Shown here: in pieces, positions 28,752 through 39,008 of the stretch
How positions within the stretch are numbered: position 1 is the first letter of the stretch
Layout of the letters: every line of letters starts with the position of its first letter
DNA from: a bacterium
GTDB taxonomy: Bacteria > JAMCPX01
NCBI GenBank assembly: GCA_037439545.1
Contig: JBBIVV010000001.1
Span: forward strand, 32,001-96,000
Length of the DNA: 64,000 bases
Direction: 5' to 3'
Notes under the pieces: model-generated
Seen by the model: the letters and a program-made list of their open reading frames with translations, nothing else
The model's database searches: none
What the model was told of the DNA's origin: nothing
Position numbers and translations under genes: made by a program

Positions 28752-30454
28752 CAATATTTTTTTAAAATGTAATACTGCTGTCCTATGCTGAATAAATTGT
28801 TTACAGTCCAGTAGAGGGCAAGCCCTGATGGGAATGACCATAGGATTACGGTCAGGAATATAGGCATGAACCACAGCATGAGCTTTGTTTGTGTAGGGTC
28901 AGCCGTAGTTGGGGTAAGCAATTGCTGCGCAAACATGGTTATGCCCATAATCAGCGGTAATACATGTATACCCACTGCAAAGTTCATAAGATGTATCGTT
29001 CCAATAGTGTCGGGAGAAGCCAGATCCTTTATCCACCACATAAAAGGCGCATGCCTTAACTCTATCGCCGCTAATAAGACCTCGTAGAGCGCTATAAAAA
29101 CAGGTATTTGAAGGAGCATGGGCAGGCAGCCGCCTAAAGGGTTGACCTTGTAGCTTCTATACAGGTTTGTCGTCTCCCTGTACAACCGTTCTTTGTCATC
29201 CTTGTATTTCTCTTTGATCTCATTGATCTTCGGTGCCAGCTTCTGCATCTGACGCATTGATTTGTAACTAATCTGACCGAGGGGAAATAGCAGGATCTTT
29301 ATGAGGAGTGTCATAAGAACTATTGCCCAGCCGTAATTGCCGGTAAATCTATTGGTGAATCTGAGAACAAAGAAGAGCGGTTTTGCAATTATATTTGCCC
29401 ACCCGAAATAAAGCGCTCTATTTAAATCAGAGCCGGCGCTGTTCAGCACATCTATTGCCTTTGGACCCAGGAATACGGTATAAACCTTTTTTTCTGTCGT
29501 ACGGGGCCCGATGGTTACAGGGTTATAAATATAGGTCAACAGCATGGGAGTTAAATTGTTATCGGTGGTATTTGTTTTTGTGGCATAAAGATGGGCGGCA
29601 GTGGACTCACCGGGCAGCACTGTCTGGATAAAATATCTATTTTCAAGCCCGAACCATTGAATGAATCCGTCGTACGATTTTGACAGGTTGAGGGATTTTG
29701 TCTCTATGGTTTCTCTGCTATCGTTTATCAATACAATCCCGTCTGCAATGTCATATTTTGAGCCGAGTTCCCCGGACAATCCACTCCAATTTACCCCGAG
29801 CCTTTCGGTCACGGATTTATTTGAACGGTTATCGAGTGAAATCTCGACTGTAGCGGTGTAAGAATTGCCGTAGAATGTTACGGTCTTCTTTATTCCAACA
29901 AGCGAATCATTGTACGCACAGATTATCCGGGCATCGTCTTCCTTATTTTTGATTGTAACGGTAAACCCTGTTACACGTTCATTTTTTCCCGAGGTCTTTT
30001 CTCTTGCTGAAGAATCTTTTAACGGGGTAAGGTCTGAGCACGTGTAGATTATGTTTGCCGGTACTGAAAAACTTGAACCATCAAAGCTCTCCCACATGGG
30101 GTAAGAGATATCGGGCGCATTACGGATAATATCGACAGAGGGACTATCTTTCTCAAGTTCTGTCTTATAATTTTTTAGATACCAATGCATTATCGTAAGA
30201 TTGTTTGTCGACAGCTCTGCGTCATAGAAGGGGGTGTTTATATGTATGGTTTTTGCATTGGCAGATTGTTTTTCTTTGTAGGACGGGCTAAAGTTCAGCT
30301 CCCCGGCCATTTTTTGCTGAGACATTTGTTGCCCGGATGTTTGCTGCCCCGCAGGCTGGACATTTGGTTTCTTCTGTACAGGTACGACGAACCATTGATA
30401 TAATACCAATACAAGAAAAGACAGGACTATTGCTATGAGTGTTCTGTTTTCCAT
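28751..30454 (-). CDS. yidC: Membrane protein insertase YidC
   Basis: NYGWAIV, YKSMRQMQKL, NPLGGCLPMLLQIPVF, PSGLALYW. Confidence 0.97.
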   Translation of the reverse strand: MENRTLIAIVLSFLVLVLYQWFVVPVQKKPNVQPAGQQTSGQQMSQQKMAGELNFSPSYKEKQSANAKTIHINTPFYDAELSTNNLTIMHWYLKNYKTELEKDSPSVDIIRNAPDISYPMWESFDGSSFSVPANIIYTCSDLTPLKDSSAREKTSGKNERVTGFTVTIKNKEDDARIICAYNDSLVGIKKTVTFYGNSYTATVEISLDNRSNKSVTERLGVNWSGLSGELGSKYDIADGIVLINDSRETIETKSLNLSKSYDGFIQWFGLENRYFIQTVLPGESTAAHLYATKTNTTDNNLTPMLLTYIYNPVTIGPRTTEKKVYTVFLGPKAIDVLNSAGSDLNRALYFGWANIIAKPLFFVLRFTNRFTGNYGWAIVLMTLLIKILLFPLGQISYKSMRQMQKLAPKINEIKEKYKDDKERLYRETTNLYRSYKVNPLGGCLPMLLQIPVFIALYEVLLAAIELRHAPFMWWIKDLASPDTIGTIHLMNFAVGIHVLPLIMGITMFAQQLLTPTTADPTQTKLMLWFMPIFLTVILWSFPSGLALYWTVNNLFSIGQQYYILKKY

Positions 30455-30456
30455 GA

Positions 30457-30711
30457 TTATGGTACCTGGTCATCCCCGCCGGCGTGGAATGGATGACATT
30501 TCAGTATCCTTTTTGCCGACAGGAATCCGCCTTTAAAGATCCCATACCTGTTTATCGCAATAATTGAGTACTCAGAACATGTCGGATTGAATCTGCATGT
30601 CGCACCGAGCAGCGGTGAAATGAAGATCCTGTAAAGCTTAATGATATTGATTGCAAATATATCTGCAGCAGTCATGGTTTTTTGTTTTATAGTATATATT
30701 ATTTTGATCAT
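30457..30711 (-). CDS. yidD: Membrane protein insertion efficiency factor YidD
   Basis: [26 protein letters not shown]. Confidence 0.95.
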   Translation of the reverse strand: MIKIIYTIKQKTMTAADIFAINIIKLYRIFISPLLGATCRFNPTCSEYSIIAINRYGIFKGGFLSAKRILKCHPFHAGGDDQVP

Positions 30712-30726
30712 GTCACGGATCTTTTA

Positions 30727-31044
30727 TTAAATCTTCGTCACGTTTAACAACTCGTCTCTTACCTGTTCGTAGGAGATAGTGCCGATATTGTTCTTGGCTA
30801 TAAAGATAAAATCAACTTTCTGCATCATAGTTTTATTTAACCTAAAGAATGCCCTGAGTAATCTTTTAATCCTGTTCCGTTTTACAGCATTTCCGGCTTT
30901 TTTGCTCACTATAATCCCGAACCTTAGAATATTCAACGTGTTTGCATGTACCAATATTATAAAATGACGGGATTCTCTTTTATAGCTGCTGCGTTTTAGT
31001 GTCTGATAATCCCTGGATGAAACAATCTTTTCCTGCCGGGACAG
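30727..31044 (-). CDS. rnpA: Ribonuclease P protein component (probable CTG start)
   Basis: RFGIIVSKKAGNAVKRNRIKRLLR motif; frame extends upstream to LSRQEKIVSSRDYQ with CTG 7 nt after AAGGAG. Confidence 0.9.
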   Translation of the reverse strand: MSRQEKIVSSRDYQTLKRSSYKRESRHFIILVHANTLNILRFGIIVSKKAGNAVKRNRIKRLLRAFFRLNKTMMQKVDFIFIAKNNIGTISYEQVRDELLNVTKI

Positions 31045-31055
31045 GCCGCAGCTCC

Positions 31056-31211
31056 TTAGAATGGCTTGCCACCGATATCCACGGTCAAACGATGCCTGCC
31101 TTTCGATCTTCTTCTGCTTAAAACAGCTCTGCCTGTTTTGGTTTCCATACGTGACAGAAAACCATGAGTCCTCGACCTTTTAACGTTATGTGGTTGATAT
31201 GTCCTTTTCAT
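31056..31211 (-). CDS. rpmH: 50S ribosomal protein L34 (missing from the ORF track)
   Basis: Manual translation [57 protein letters not shown]. Confidence 0.97.
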   Translation of the reverse strand: MKRTYQPHNVKRSRTHGFLSRMETKTGRAVLSRRRSKGRHRLTVDIGGKPF

Positions 31212-31343
31212 TTTTTCTCCAAATAGAATTTAGTATAATCTTGATTTAAAAAACACATAGAAACCTTATTGTCAAGCAACTATACCGGAGTGACTGAAAA
31301 AATGAATCAAGAAACGGAGGCATGGTTCATGAAAATATCCCTC

Positions 31344-31372
31344 TTGACCAATAGATAAGATTACTATATATT
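31344..31372 (+). promoter_or_regulatory. Putative sigma70 promoter
   Basis: TTGACC-17nt-TATATT upstream of the 31402 operon. Confidence 0.5.
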
Positions 31373-31401
31373 AAATAACATTAAATAAAAAAAATAAATA
31401 T

Positions 31402-33081
31402 ATGCAACAACATAAACTTTTAATAGTTACGTGGCTGTCGGATATTACGAACAGCATTCATCAGATACTGAAAAACAACGAATATGTGTTTGACAGCGCT
31501 TCTACCCCGATTGAGGCTATGAATGCAATCGGGAAATATGCCTATAAGGTCATAGTGATTGACAGCTTATTGCCGGGAGTGAATGGTTATCAATTGGTGA
31601 AACGTCTCAGGAATACACCTCATGCGGAAAATACAAAATTCATTGTTTTCATGAACAATTTACCTCACGACAAACATGAAGATGTGAGCAAACGCTGGGG
31701 TATATATGCTTTGTTGAAGAAACCTGTGAAATCCGATGAAATGATGCTCATACTGAAGAAAGCAGAGGCTTATGACCTGCCAAGCGAAAAATTAGAGATG
31801 CATTCTTCTGAATCAACCGAGGCAATGCTGGCAGAGCTTGCCAGTGTTCTATGGACTGGCAAAACGACATGTTATGGCAAGGGCGGTATTATAAAGGAGA
31901 TTTACTGGGACAGCGGTAATCCTGTTTTTGCAATAAGTAATGATGAGGACGAAAGACTTGATAAATGGCTTTTAAAAACACAGCAAGTGACTGAGGGCGT
32001 ACTTAAATCAGCCTATGATATAATGAATAAAAGAGGCAAAAGGCTTGGCGATGCACTTATAATGCTTGGAGCCATTAGTGAGGACAACCTTGAGACGGCT
32101 ATTTCCGATAACATGAAAGCGGTCATTATGGATCTGTTTTCATGGGATGGGGTAGAGTATACAAAAGAAGAAAAGGTAACAGGTATAAAAGAGCTGACCT
32201 CAATAAAAGATTCCCTGCCCGTAATGCTTTTTGAAGGTGTAAAAAGAAGAACTGACATGGAACGTATAAAGAAGAAGTTAGAATCAGAGGGTGGAATCGT
32301 GAGCTTTATGCCCGATAACATATTTAATATCGAAGATTTCAAATTTCCGCATTCGTATAACAGGATAATGAACCTTATTAATGGCAAGAGAACGATATAC
32401 GAGCTGATCGCTAAAAGCGGTGTGGCTCAGGACGATGCATATAGATTTATTTATATTTTATTCCTTTTAAAGTTTATAAAGCTTGGAGCTCCAGCCAACG
32501 AAGATAAGGACGGCCTTGGCAACATGCCGAAGATACAGGCAGATCCGAACAGGAAAACCAGATTTACAGGTAGTCTCAATGACATATCGATAATAGAACT
32601 TATTCAAATGCTCGAGTTCAACAGAAAATCCGGTGCACTTCAGATCAATGATGCAAATGAGATTGGCTGGCTTTTGTTCAATAAGGGAAGGATTACAGAT
32701 GCATATTATGGAGATCTCACGAGACAGAATGCGGTGTACAGAATATTGTTCCTTACAGAAGGAGAATTTGAGATAAAATTTAAAGATATCGTGGGTGATC
32801 CGAGAATAGACATAGATACCCAAACGTTATTGATGGAAGGATTACGCCTGCTTGATGAAATCAAAAGGATCGAACCTACATTCGGTAGTCTCAAAAAGCG
32901 GTTTATGATAAATTCATCTCACCGGTTCAATGCAGAAGAAGAAAAGGAAGAACTTTCGCGCATATTCAATGGCAAGAATGATATGTTGACATCTGCATTT
33001 ATGCTGAATCCGGATCCGCAGATAGGCTTTGACATTATGAACACGCTGTTAAAAAATAATGTAATCGAGGAAGGAAAATGA
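31402..33081 (+). CDS. Atypical receiver domain protein with two DUF4388/PATAN-like domains
   Basis: VIDSLLPGVNG...LLKKP receiver; KEIYWDSGNPVFAISN..ERL; FTGSLNDISIIELIQMLEFNRKSGAL. Confidence 0.8.
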   Translation: MQQHKLLIVTWLSDITNSIHQILKNNEYVFDSASTPIEAMNAIGKYAYKVIVIDSLLPGVNGYQLVKRLRNTPHAENTKFIVFMNNLPHDKHEDVSKRWGIYALLKKPVKSDEMMLILKKAEAYDLPSEKLEMHSSESTEAMLAELASVLWTGKTTCYGKGGIIKEIYWDSGNPVFAISNDEDERLDKWLLKTQQVTEGVLKSAYDIMNKRGKRLGDALIMLGAISEDNLETAISDNMKAVIMDLFSWDGVEYTKEEKVTGIKELTSIKDSLPVMLFEGVKRRTDMERIKKKLESEGGIVSFMPDNIFNIEDFKFPHSYNRIMNLINGKRTIYELIAKSGVAQDDAYRFIYILFLLKFIKLGAPANEDKDGLGNMPKIQADPNRKTRFTGSLNDISIIELIQMLEFNRKSGALQINDANEIGWLLFNKGRITDAYYGDLTRQNAVYRILFLTEGEFEIKFKDIVGDPRIDIDTQTLLMEGLRLLDEIKRIEPTFGSLKKRFMINSSHRFNAEEEKEELSRIFNGKNDMLTSAFMLNPDPQIGFDIMNTLLKNNVIEEGK

Positions 33082-33680
33082 AAATTCTCTGTGACAAATG
33101 CGGCAATGAATTTGTAATCAAAGAAAACAATATAAGAAAACAATCCTATACAATGAGATGCCCTGTGTGTAAAAACCCCATCAATGTCAAGAGGGCAGAA
33201 GCACACGATAGTATATATGGTAAGGGTGAAAAAGCCGGTTCAACGGCAATCCAGCATCCGGCAGCCGTATCGGTAACTACAGATATTTTACATGAGAAGA
33301 CAACGGAAAACCGTGCAGCGAACCGTATAGCAGAAAGAAATAATCTTATCGCACAACAAGACATGCTTAAACAGATTGAAAATGGTTCGGATAGTATCGT
33401 GGAGGCATCTGAAAGTTTTATCGACGATGAAGGGATCGAAAGCTCTATGGAATCACGCAGAAAGGAGGATGTCCGGCACTGGTTAATTCAGCTTGTCGAT
33501 GGCATGGATGTCCCTTTTCTTGCAAGAAAATATATACCGTATATTTACTATACAATGGCGACAGTTACTGTTTTTACCATACTATTTTTCTTTGACGATT
33601 TCATTAAGCTTCATGGCATAACACGCGGCGTTTTATCGATGTTTATACAGGCGTTCCATGATTTAAAACACTATATATAA
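33078..33680 (+). CDS. Zinc-ribbon (MJ0042-type finger) membrane-anchored protein
   Basis: MKILCDKC...MRCPVC N-terminus, C-terminal TM segment. Confidence 0.75.
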   Translation: MKILCDKCGNEFVIKENNIRKQSYTMRCPVCKNPINVKRAEAHDSIYGKGEKAGSTAIQHPAAVSVTTDILHEKTTENRAANRIAERNNLIAQQDMLKQIENGSDSIVEASESFIDDEGIESSMESRRKEDVRHWLIQLVDGMDVPFLARKYIPYIYYTMATVTVFTILFFFDDFIKLHGITRGVLSMFIQAFHDLKHYI

Positions 33681-34480
33681 TGGATAGCTACAGGGATGCT
33701 GTAACATATAATCTCGGTTTATTAAAATTTATAAGTGGTATTGTTTATCATGACTCCACAGACTCTACCAATACCATTGCATCGGGGCTTGCTCATGCAG
33801 GAGCTAAGGAATGGACGGTGGTTGTTGCAGATTCGCAGAATAATGGCCGCGGCAGGCAGGGGAGAGTATGGCATTCGCCGCCGAACACGAACATATACAC
33901 ATCTTTTATGGTAAAACCTGATATTTCGTATGAGTATTTTCCGGCAATGAGTTTACTGGCAGGCATGGTCGTTGCCCTGCTCATTGAACAATTTACCGGA
34001 ATGCCGATGGAAATCAAATGGCCCAATGATGTAATTGTCCATAATGAGAAGATAAGCGGCATACTGCTTGAACTCGGGAATGATGTTGATAACCGTGCGT
34101 ATGTCGTTGTTGGTATCGGTATAAATGTAAATGCCGATGTAACCGTTTATCCCGATACTATTGCTTTACTGTCAACGTCACTGATGCGGTTAACAGGTAA
34201 GGCATTCGACAGGGCTGAAATGATTGGCTGTCTGTACTCTATATTTTACAAATGGTATTCTCTGTACATAAGCCGTCCTGGATTTAACTGTATACGGGAA
34301 CAATACATGCAAAGATTCAAAATGATGGGGAAAGAGGTTGCCATAGTAAATGGTGCAGAAACTGTACGCGGTGTGGTAAAAGATATTGATAACTATGGGA
34401 GATTAGTGATAAAAGACTCCGATGATAGCATAGTTACCGTTAAGTCAGGAGATGTCCATTTGGTAAGGACAGCAGTATAG
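33680..34480 (+). CDS. birA: Biotin--protein ligase
   Basis: DSTN, QNNGRGRQGRVW, KWPND, KISGIL, GIGINVN. Confidence 0.95.
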   Translation: MDSYRDAVTYNLGLLKFISGIVYHDSTDSTNTIASGLAHAGAKEWTVVVADSQNNGRGRQGRVWHSPPNTNIYTSFMVKPDISYEYFPAMSLLAGMVVALLIEQFTGMPMEIKWPNDVIVHNEKISGILLELGNDVDNRAYVVVGIGINVNADVTVYPDTIALLSTSLMRLTGKAFDRAEMIGCLYSIFYKWYSLYISRPGFNCIREQYMQRFKMMGKEVAIVNGAETVRGVVKDIDNYGRLVIKDSDDSIVTVKSGDVHLVRTAV

Positions 34481-34508
34481 TATTAAATAAAAACGGAGAG
34501 AGAAGATA

Positions 34509-35285
34509 ATGTTTCTTGCAATAGACGTAGGCAATACAAATATTGTTTTCGGCGTATTTGACGGTGATAATTTACTTACCCACTGGAGGGTCGTAACTTC
34601 ACGGGAAAGAACAGTGGATGAGTATAAGCTGTTACTCAGGGAATTATTTGAACTTGGCGGTGTAAAAATATCTTCTATCGATGGTATAGCAATTTCATGC
34701 GTCGTTCCACCCGTAATAATGTCCCTCGAGAAAGCATGTGAAGATCTGTACGGTATAAAGCCTGTCGTAATAGGTCCCGGCATTAAAACGGGCATAAGCA
34801 TACTTTATGATAATCCGAGGGAGGTTGGCGCTGACAGAATAGTCAATGCGGTTGCCGGATACGATAAATACAAAAAGAATCTTATAATAGTGGATTTCGG
34901 TACGGCTACCACATTTGATTGTGTCGGTAAAAAAGGTGAATATCTTGGAGGAGTAATAGCTCCGGGCATCGGTATTTCGCTTGAGGCCCTGTTTACACAC
35001 GCATCTAAACTGCCAAGGATTGAAATAACTGCACCGCCGCATGTTATAGGCACAAACACTGTCAACAGTATGCAATCGGGCATATTTTATGGGTACAAAG
35101 CCCTCGTCGAGGGCATTATAAAACTTATTTCGAAGGAGATGAAGGAAGAAAAACCTGTGGTCATCGCAACAGGAGGATTTGCAGAATTGATAGGTAATGC
35201 TACATCCTTTATAAACGATGTAGATGAATTCTTGACATTAAAAGGGTTAAAGCTAATATATAGTAAGAATATTACTAAAAAATAA
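34509..35285 (+). CDS. coaX: Type III pantothenate kinase
   Basis: AIDVGNTN, VGADR, VDFGTATT, ATGG. Confidence 0.96.
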   Translation: MFLAIDVGNTNIVFGVFDGDNLLTHWRVVTSRERTVDEYKLLLRELFELGGVKISSIDGIAISCVVPPVIMSLEKACEDLYGIKPVVIGPGIKTGISILYDNPREVGADRIVNAVAGYDKYKKNLIIVDFGTATTFDCVGKKGEYLGGVIAPGIGISLEALFTHASKLPRIEITAPPHVIGTNTVNSMQSGIFYGYKALVEGIIKLISKEMKEEKPVVIATGGFAELIGNATSFINDVDEFLTLKGLKLIYSKNITKK

Positions 35286-35300
35286 TTGTAAGGAGGCTTA

Positions 35301-35792
35301 ATGGCTTCTGAAAATGCAGAAGACTTTTTTGAACAGGCTCTTAAATTAATAAAAGCAGGTAAGAGTCGTGAAGCCTTTGAATTACTGAAGAAGCTTGTCG
35401 AAAATGCGCCATCTTCTATTTATGAGATAGAGGCCAGGTACCTGTCGTATTATGGTTATCTGACAGGTATGGTTGCTCACAACTATCAACGCGGTATCGA
35501 GCTGTGTAATGAGGCTATAAAAAGAGAATTCTTCCATCCTGATTTTTATCTCAACCTCGGAAGGCTGCATCTGGCCATTAACAATAAGGGTATGGCTGTA
35601 AAGACCTTTTATAAAGGTTTGAGGATTGATAGAACGAATAAGGGACTCATAGAAGAAATAAAAAAATTGGGTGTAAGAAAGAAACCCATTTTTTCGTTCC
35701 TGGGCAGGGAGCATCCTGTCAACAAGCTCGTCGGTAAAATCAGGACATCATTCCACGGATTAATAAGGGGGAAAAATGGCCGGAAACAATGA
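35301..35792 (+). CDS. TPR-repeat protein
   Basis: Helical TPR pattern (FYLNLGRLHL); AAGGAGG SD. Confidence 0.75.
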   Translation: MASENAEDFFEQALKLIKAGKSREAFELLKKLVENAPSSIYEIEARYLSYYGYLTGMVAHNYQRGIELCNEAIKREFFHPDFYLNLGRLHLAINNKGMAVKTFYKGLRIDRTNKGLIEEIKKLGVRKKPIFSFLGREHPVNKLVGKIRTSFHGLIRGKNGRKQ

Positions 35793-37860
35793 TCACACGA
35801 GGAATATCGCAATTATAGGTATTGGTGCAAGCGGAAAAACGCAGCTCGCAGATACTTTTCTCTTCAATGCAAAAGCAGTTCCAGGCATAGGGAAAGTAAT
35901 AGATAAAACATCCAACATGGTCCTTGAGCAGGAGGAATTTGAGCATCTTACAACCATTACTGCCTCTCTCGCTACTGTTGAAATCAACGGAATAAAATTC
36001 AATTTTATCGATACGCCGAGTCAGGACGGATTTATTGCTGAAACGATCAATTCTCTCCAGTCTGTTGACGGTGCAATCTTTTTAATGAGTGCACAAACCG
36101 ATATAAAGCAGGAGGCAGAAACACTCATGAAGTATACGGCAGCATTTCATCTGCCGGTCATCTTTCTTATAAACAAGATGGATGGCGAAAATGCGGATTT
36201 TTACAACGCACTGCATGAATACGGCACGTACCTGAATATCAAACTTACGCCTGTTGCCCTGCCAATCGGGAGCGGTGAGAAGTTCGAAGGTATTTATAAT
36301 ATCATTGATAAGAAAACATATCTTTATCCAAAAGATGCTTCCGGTCATCCGAAACAGGTTGCAGGCAACATACCTGAAGATGTTGAGGAATTTGAGAAGG
36401 GATTGTTCGAGACTGCTGCTGAAAACGACGATGCCCTGCTCGAGAGGTACCTGAACAATGAAAAATTAAAGGTTGAAGAAATAATCGAACCTATAAAAAA
36501 GGCGGTCTCATCCAGAAACATGTTCCCGGTCATGCCTGGTTCCGCGCTGCTTAACATTGGTATGGACAAATTGACCGAGTTCTGTTTTTCATGGCTCCCT
36601 GCTCACCACGAAGTAAATGGGAAAACAATTCTAAAACCCTCCCATGGAGACGGGGCCATTGAGGTCAAGCGCACTGCATCGGAAAAGCCGGTTCTTTTTA
36701 TATTTAAGACGACGATAGATCCTTATTCCGGTAAGATGAGCTATGCAAGGATTCTTGCCGGCAGGATAAATCAGGATACAGTCGTTTATAATGCCTCAAC
36801 AGGGGCGGAAGAGAAAACAAACCATATTTACACCATGATAGGGAAGAAGAGCAAACTTATCAATGCGGCAGAGTGCGGCGACATTGTTGCGCTCGCAAAG
36901 CTGCAGGCAACCAGGACAGGAGATACGCTGAAAGCAATAAAGGATGCATTTGCTGTTCCGCAGTTATACAGGCCGAAAAAACTTGTTTCGTATGCGGTTA
37001 AACCCAAGGGTAAGAGCGATGAGGAAAAGGTTACACAGACACTGAACAAAATCCTCGAGGAGGACACATCGCTATCACTCAGGAGGGATGCTCAGTTAAA
37101 GGAATTGATACTTGAGGGTGTGTCTAAAGAACAGCTTGAAATTGTTATGCATAAAGCGAGGAGGAAATACGGCATAGATTTAGAGTTGGTCTTGCCGGAC
37201 ATCCCATACAAAGAGACCATAAAAGGAAGAGCAGAGGCACAGGGTAAGTATAAAAAACAATCAGGGGGCAGGGGGCAGTATGGTGATGTATGGATAAAGC
37301 TTGAACCGCTTGCAAGGGGAAGAGGTGTTGAATTTATAGACAAAATAGTCGGAGGTGCTATACCAAGACAGTATATACCTGCAGTAGAAAAGGGGATAAG
37401 GGACGCAACGACGGAAGGTTTCCTTGCAGGTTTCCCGGTTGTAGATTTTGCTGCAACTGCGTATGATGGATCATATCATGATGTTGATTCATCCGAACTT
37501 GCATTTAAGATTGCAGGTTCGTTTGCTTTTAAAAAGTGTATGGAGAGTGCAATCCCTGTAATACTTGAACCTATAATGTTAATTACTGTAACAGTGCCGG
37601 AGGCCTTTACCGGAGAGGTTATAGGCGGGCTTAATTCTAAAAGGGCAAAGATACTCGGTATGGCTCAGGATGAGAATAAGAAGCAGGTGATAAAGGCACA
37701 TGTGCCTTTATCAGAGGTTCAAATGTATGGAGATGAATTGCGTTCCATAACAAAGGGGATGGGGACTTTTGATATCGAATACTTCGGCTATGAGGAGGTT
37801 CCTTCGCATATAGCTGAAAAGATTATTGGCAGTAAAAATAAAAAAGAAGTAAAGGTATAG
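35776..37860 (+). CDS. fusA: Elongation factor G paralog (EF-G2/FusA2)
   Basis: TRNIAII, NKMD, YKETI, KKQSGGRGQYG, DGSYHDVDSSELAF, LEP; G1/G3 motifs divergent. Confidence 0.9.
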   Translation: MAGNNDHTRNIAIIGIGASGKTQLADTFLFNAKAVPGIGKVIDKTSNMVLEQEEFEHLTTITASLATVEINGIKFNFIDTPSQDGFIAETINSLQSVDGAIFLMSAQTDIKQEAETLMKYTAAFHLPVIFLINKMDGENADFYNALHEYGTYLNIKLTPVALPIGSGEKFEGIYNIIDKKTYLYPKDASGHPKQVAGNIPEDVEEFEKGLFETAAENDDALLERYLNNEKLKVEEIIEPIKKAVSSRNMFPVMPGSALLNIGMDKLTEFCFSWLPAHHEVNGKTILKPSHGDGAIEVKRTASEKPVLFIFKTTIDPYSGKMSYARILAGRINQDTVVYNASTGAEEKTNHIYTMIGKKSKLINAAECGDIVALAKLQATRTGDTLKAIKDAFAVPQLYRPKKLVSYAVKPKGKSDEEKVTQTLNKILEEDTSLSLRRDAQLKELILEGVSKEQLEIVMHKARRKYGIDLELVLPDIPYKETIKGRAEAQGKYKKQSGGRGQYGDVWIKLEPLARGRGVEFIDKIVGGAIPRQYIPAVEKGIRDATTEGFLAGFPVVDFAATAYDGSYHDVDSSELAFKIAGSFAFKKCMESAIPVILEPIMLITVTVPEAFTGEVIGGLNSKRAKILGMAQDENKKQVIKAHVPLSEVQMYGDELRSITKGMGTFDIEYFGYEEVPSHIAEKIIGSKNKKEVKV

Positions 37861-37861
37861 T

Positions 37862-39007
37862 ATGGATAAAAAAGACAAAGAAACAAAAAAAACAATAGCA
37901 GATGAGCTGTTGGAAGATAATTTCTTTAAGCCTCCCATGGATGATGTGATTGATGATGAGGTGCCGGAAAAACATGGTGTTTCGGATGCAGGAGAGGAAG
38001 GACCTGAAAAAAGTGACAGCAGTCTTCTCTTTGATGAGTTTCTTAAATCGCCCGTTGAAATATCACCTGAAGAAACTTCTGAATTAACGATAGAGGAAAG
38101 GCCTGTTATCCCTCAGACTCGGGAGGCAATTCCCGACATACATCCCACGGTATCTGCATCCCGGTCTGCAGCAGTTCTAAAGACTGCAGGACCTTCCGGA
38201 AGCAAGATGAAGTTGATAATAGCATCTCTCGGAGGCGGTGCGGTCCTTTTATTAGCAGTTGCCGGATATTTTTATTTAGGTCATAAATCCACTGATACGA
38301 CCCGGAGCACTGCCGTAACAGGCTCACAAACTATTGTCATGACTCATGAAACACCGCCTTCCGGAGTACAGCCTCCTGAAGTTACCCGTGAGAGCGCCAA
38401 ACCTGCACCATTGCCTGACGGCAATCATGAAAACAACCCGACGGTCAAGGAACAGACACCGCATCAGCCAGGTCAGCAGGTAGCTGAGAATGTTCCTCCT
38501 GTTCAAACGTCTCAGCCTGCCCAGACAATCCAGGAAGCGTCAAAACAGTTTGAAGTTGCACTCGAGAAGATCAAGACAAAAGCAGCATTGGACAGGGTAA
38601 AACGGATTGGAGCTTCAATAGATAAATCATTAAATTTCGATATCAAGGAAAATACGGCGAACAATACCCTGTATAACCTTTATGTCGATAAAATATATTC
38701 CTCGGAAGGCGAGGCTACAGCGGACAATCTTAAACTTATGGTAGCCAATATATCGAACGCTTCGGTTATTAAGGCTGATGGAGGATACCGGATACTTATA
38801 GGTAAATACAACTCAAGAGGACCCGCCGATACTGATATGAAGAATATAGAATCAGCAGGACTTAAAGGGGTAATAAAAGAAGCTACCAGTAAAGTTTCAA
38901 CCTATAATATAAGAGTTTTTCCTTTCAAATCATCGAAAGATGCCAAAGAGTATATTTCGAAAGTGAGAAAATTAGCGTTCAAGGCAAGCTTTTCAGAAAT
39001 AAAATAA
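37862..39007 (+). CDS. Membrane-anchored protein with C-terminal SPOR-like domain(s)
   Basis: Acidic N-terminus, single TM helix, P/Q-rich linker, YRILIGKY and YNIRVFPF SPOR-like strands. Confidence 0.65.
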   Translation: MDKKDKETKKTIADELLEDNFFKPPMDDVIDDEVPEKHGVSDAGEEGPEKSDSSLLFDEFLKSPVEISPEETSELTIEERPVIPQTREAIPDIHPTVSASRSAAVLKTAGPSGSKMKLIIASLGGGAVLLLAVAGYFYLGHKSTDTTRSTAVTGSQTIVMTHETPPSGVQPPEVTRESAKPAPLPDGNHENNPTVKEQTPHQPGQQVAENVPPVQTSQPAQTIQEASKQFEVALEKIKTKAALDRVKRIGASIDKSLNFDIKENTANNTLYNLYVDKIYSSEGEATADNLKLMVANISNASVIKADGGYRILIGKYNSRGPADTDMKNIESAGLKGVIKEATSKVSTYNIRVFPFKSSKDAKEYISKVRKLAFKASFSEIK

Positions 39008-39008
39008 T

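Noticed and set aside
28752..28874. N-terminal extension of the 507-aa propeller ORF
   Set aside because: Overlaps the yidC 3' end; the signal peptide begins at ATG 28751.
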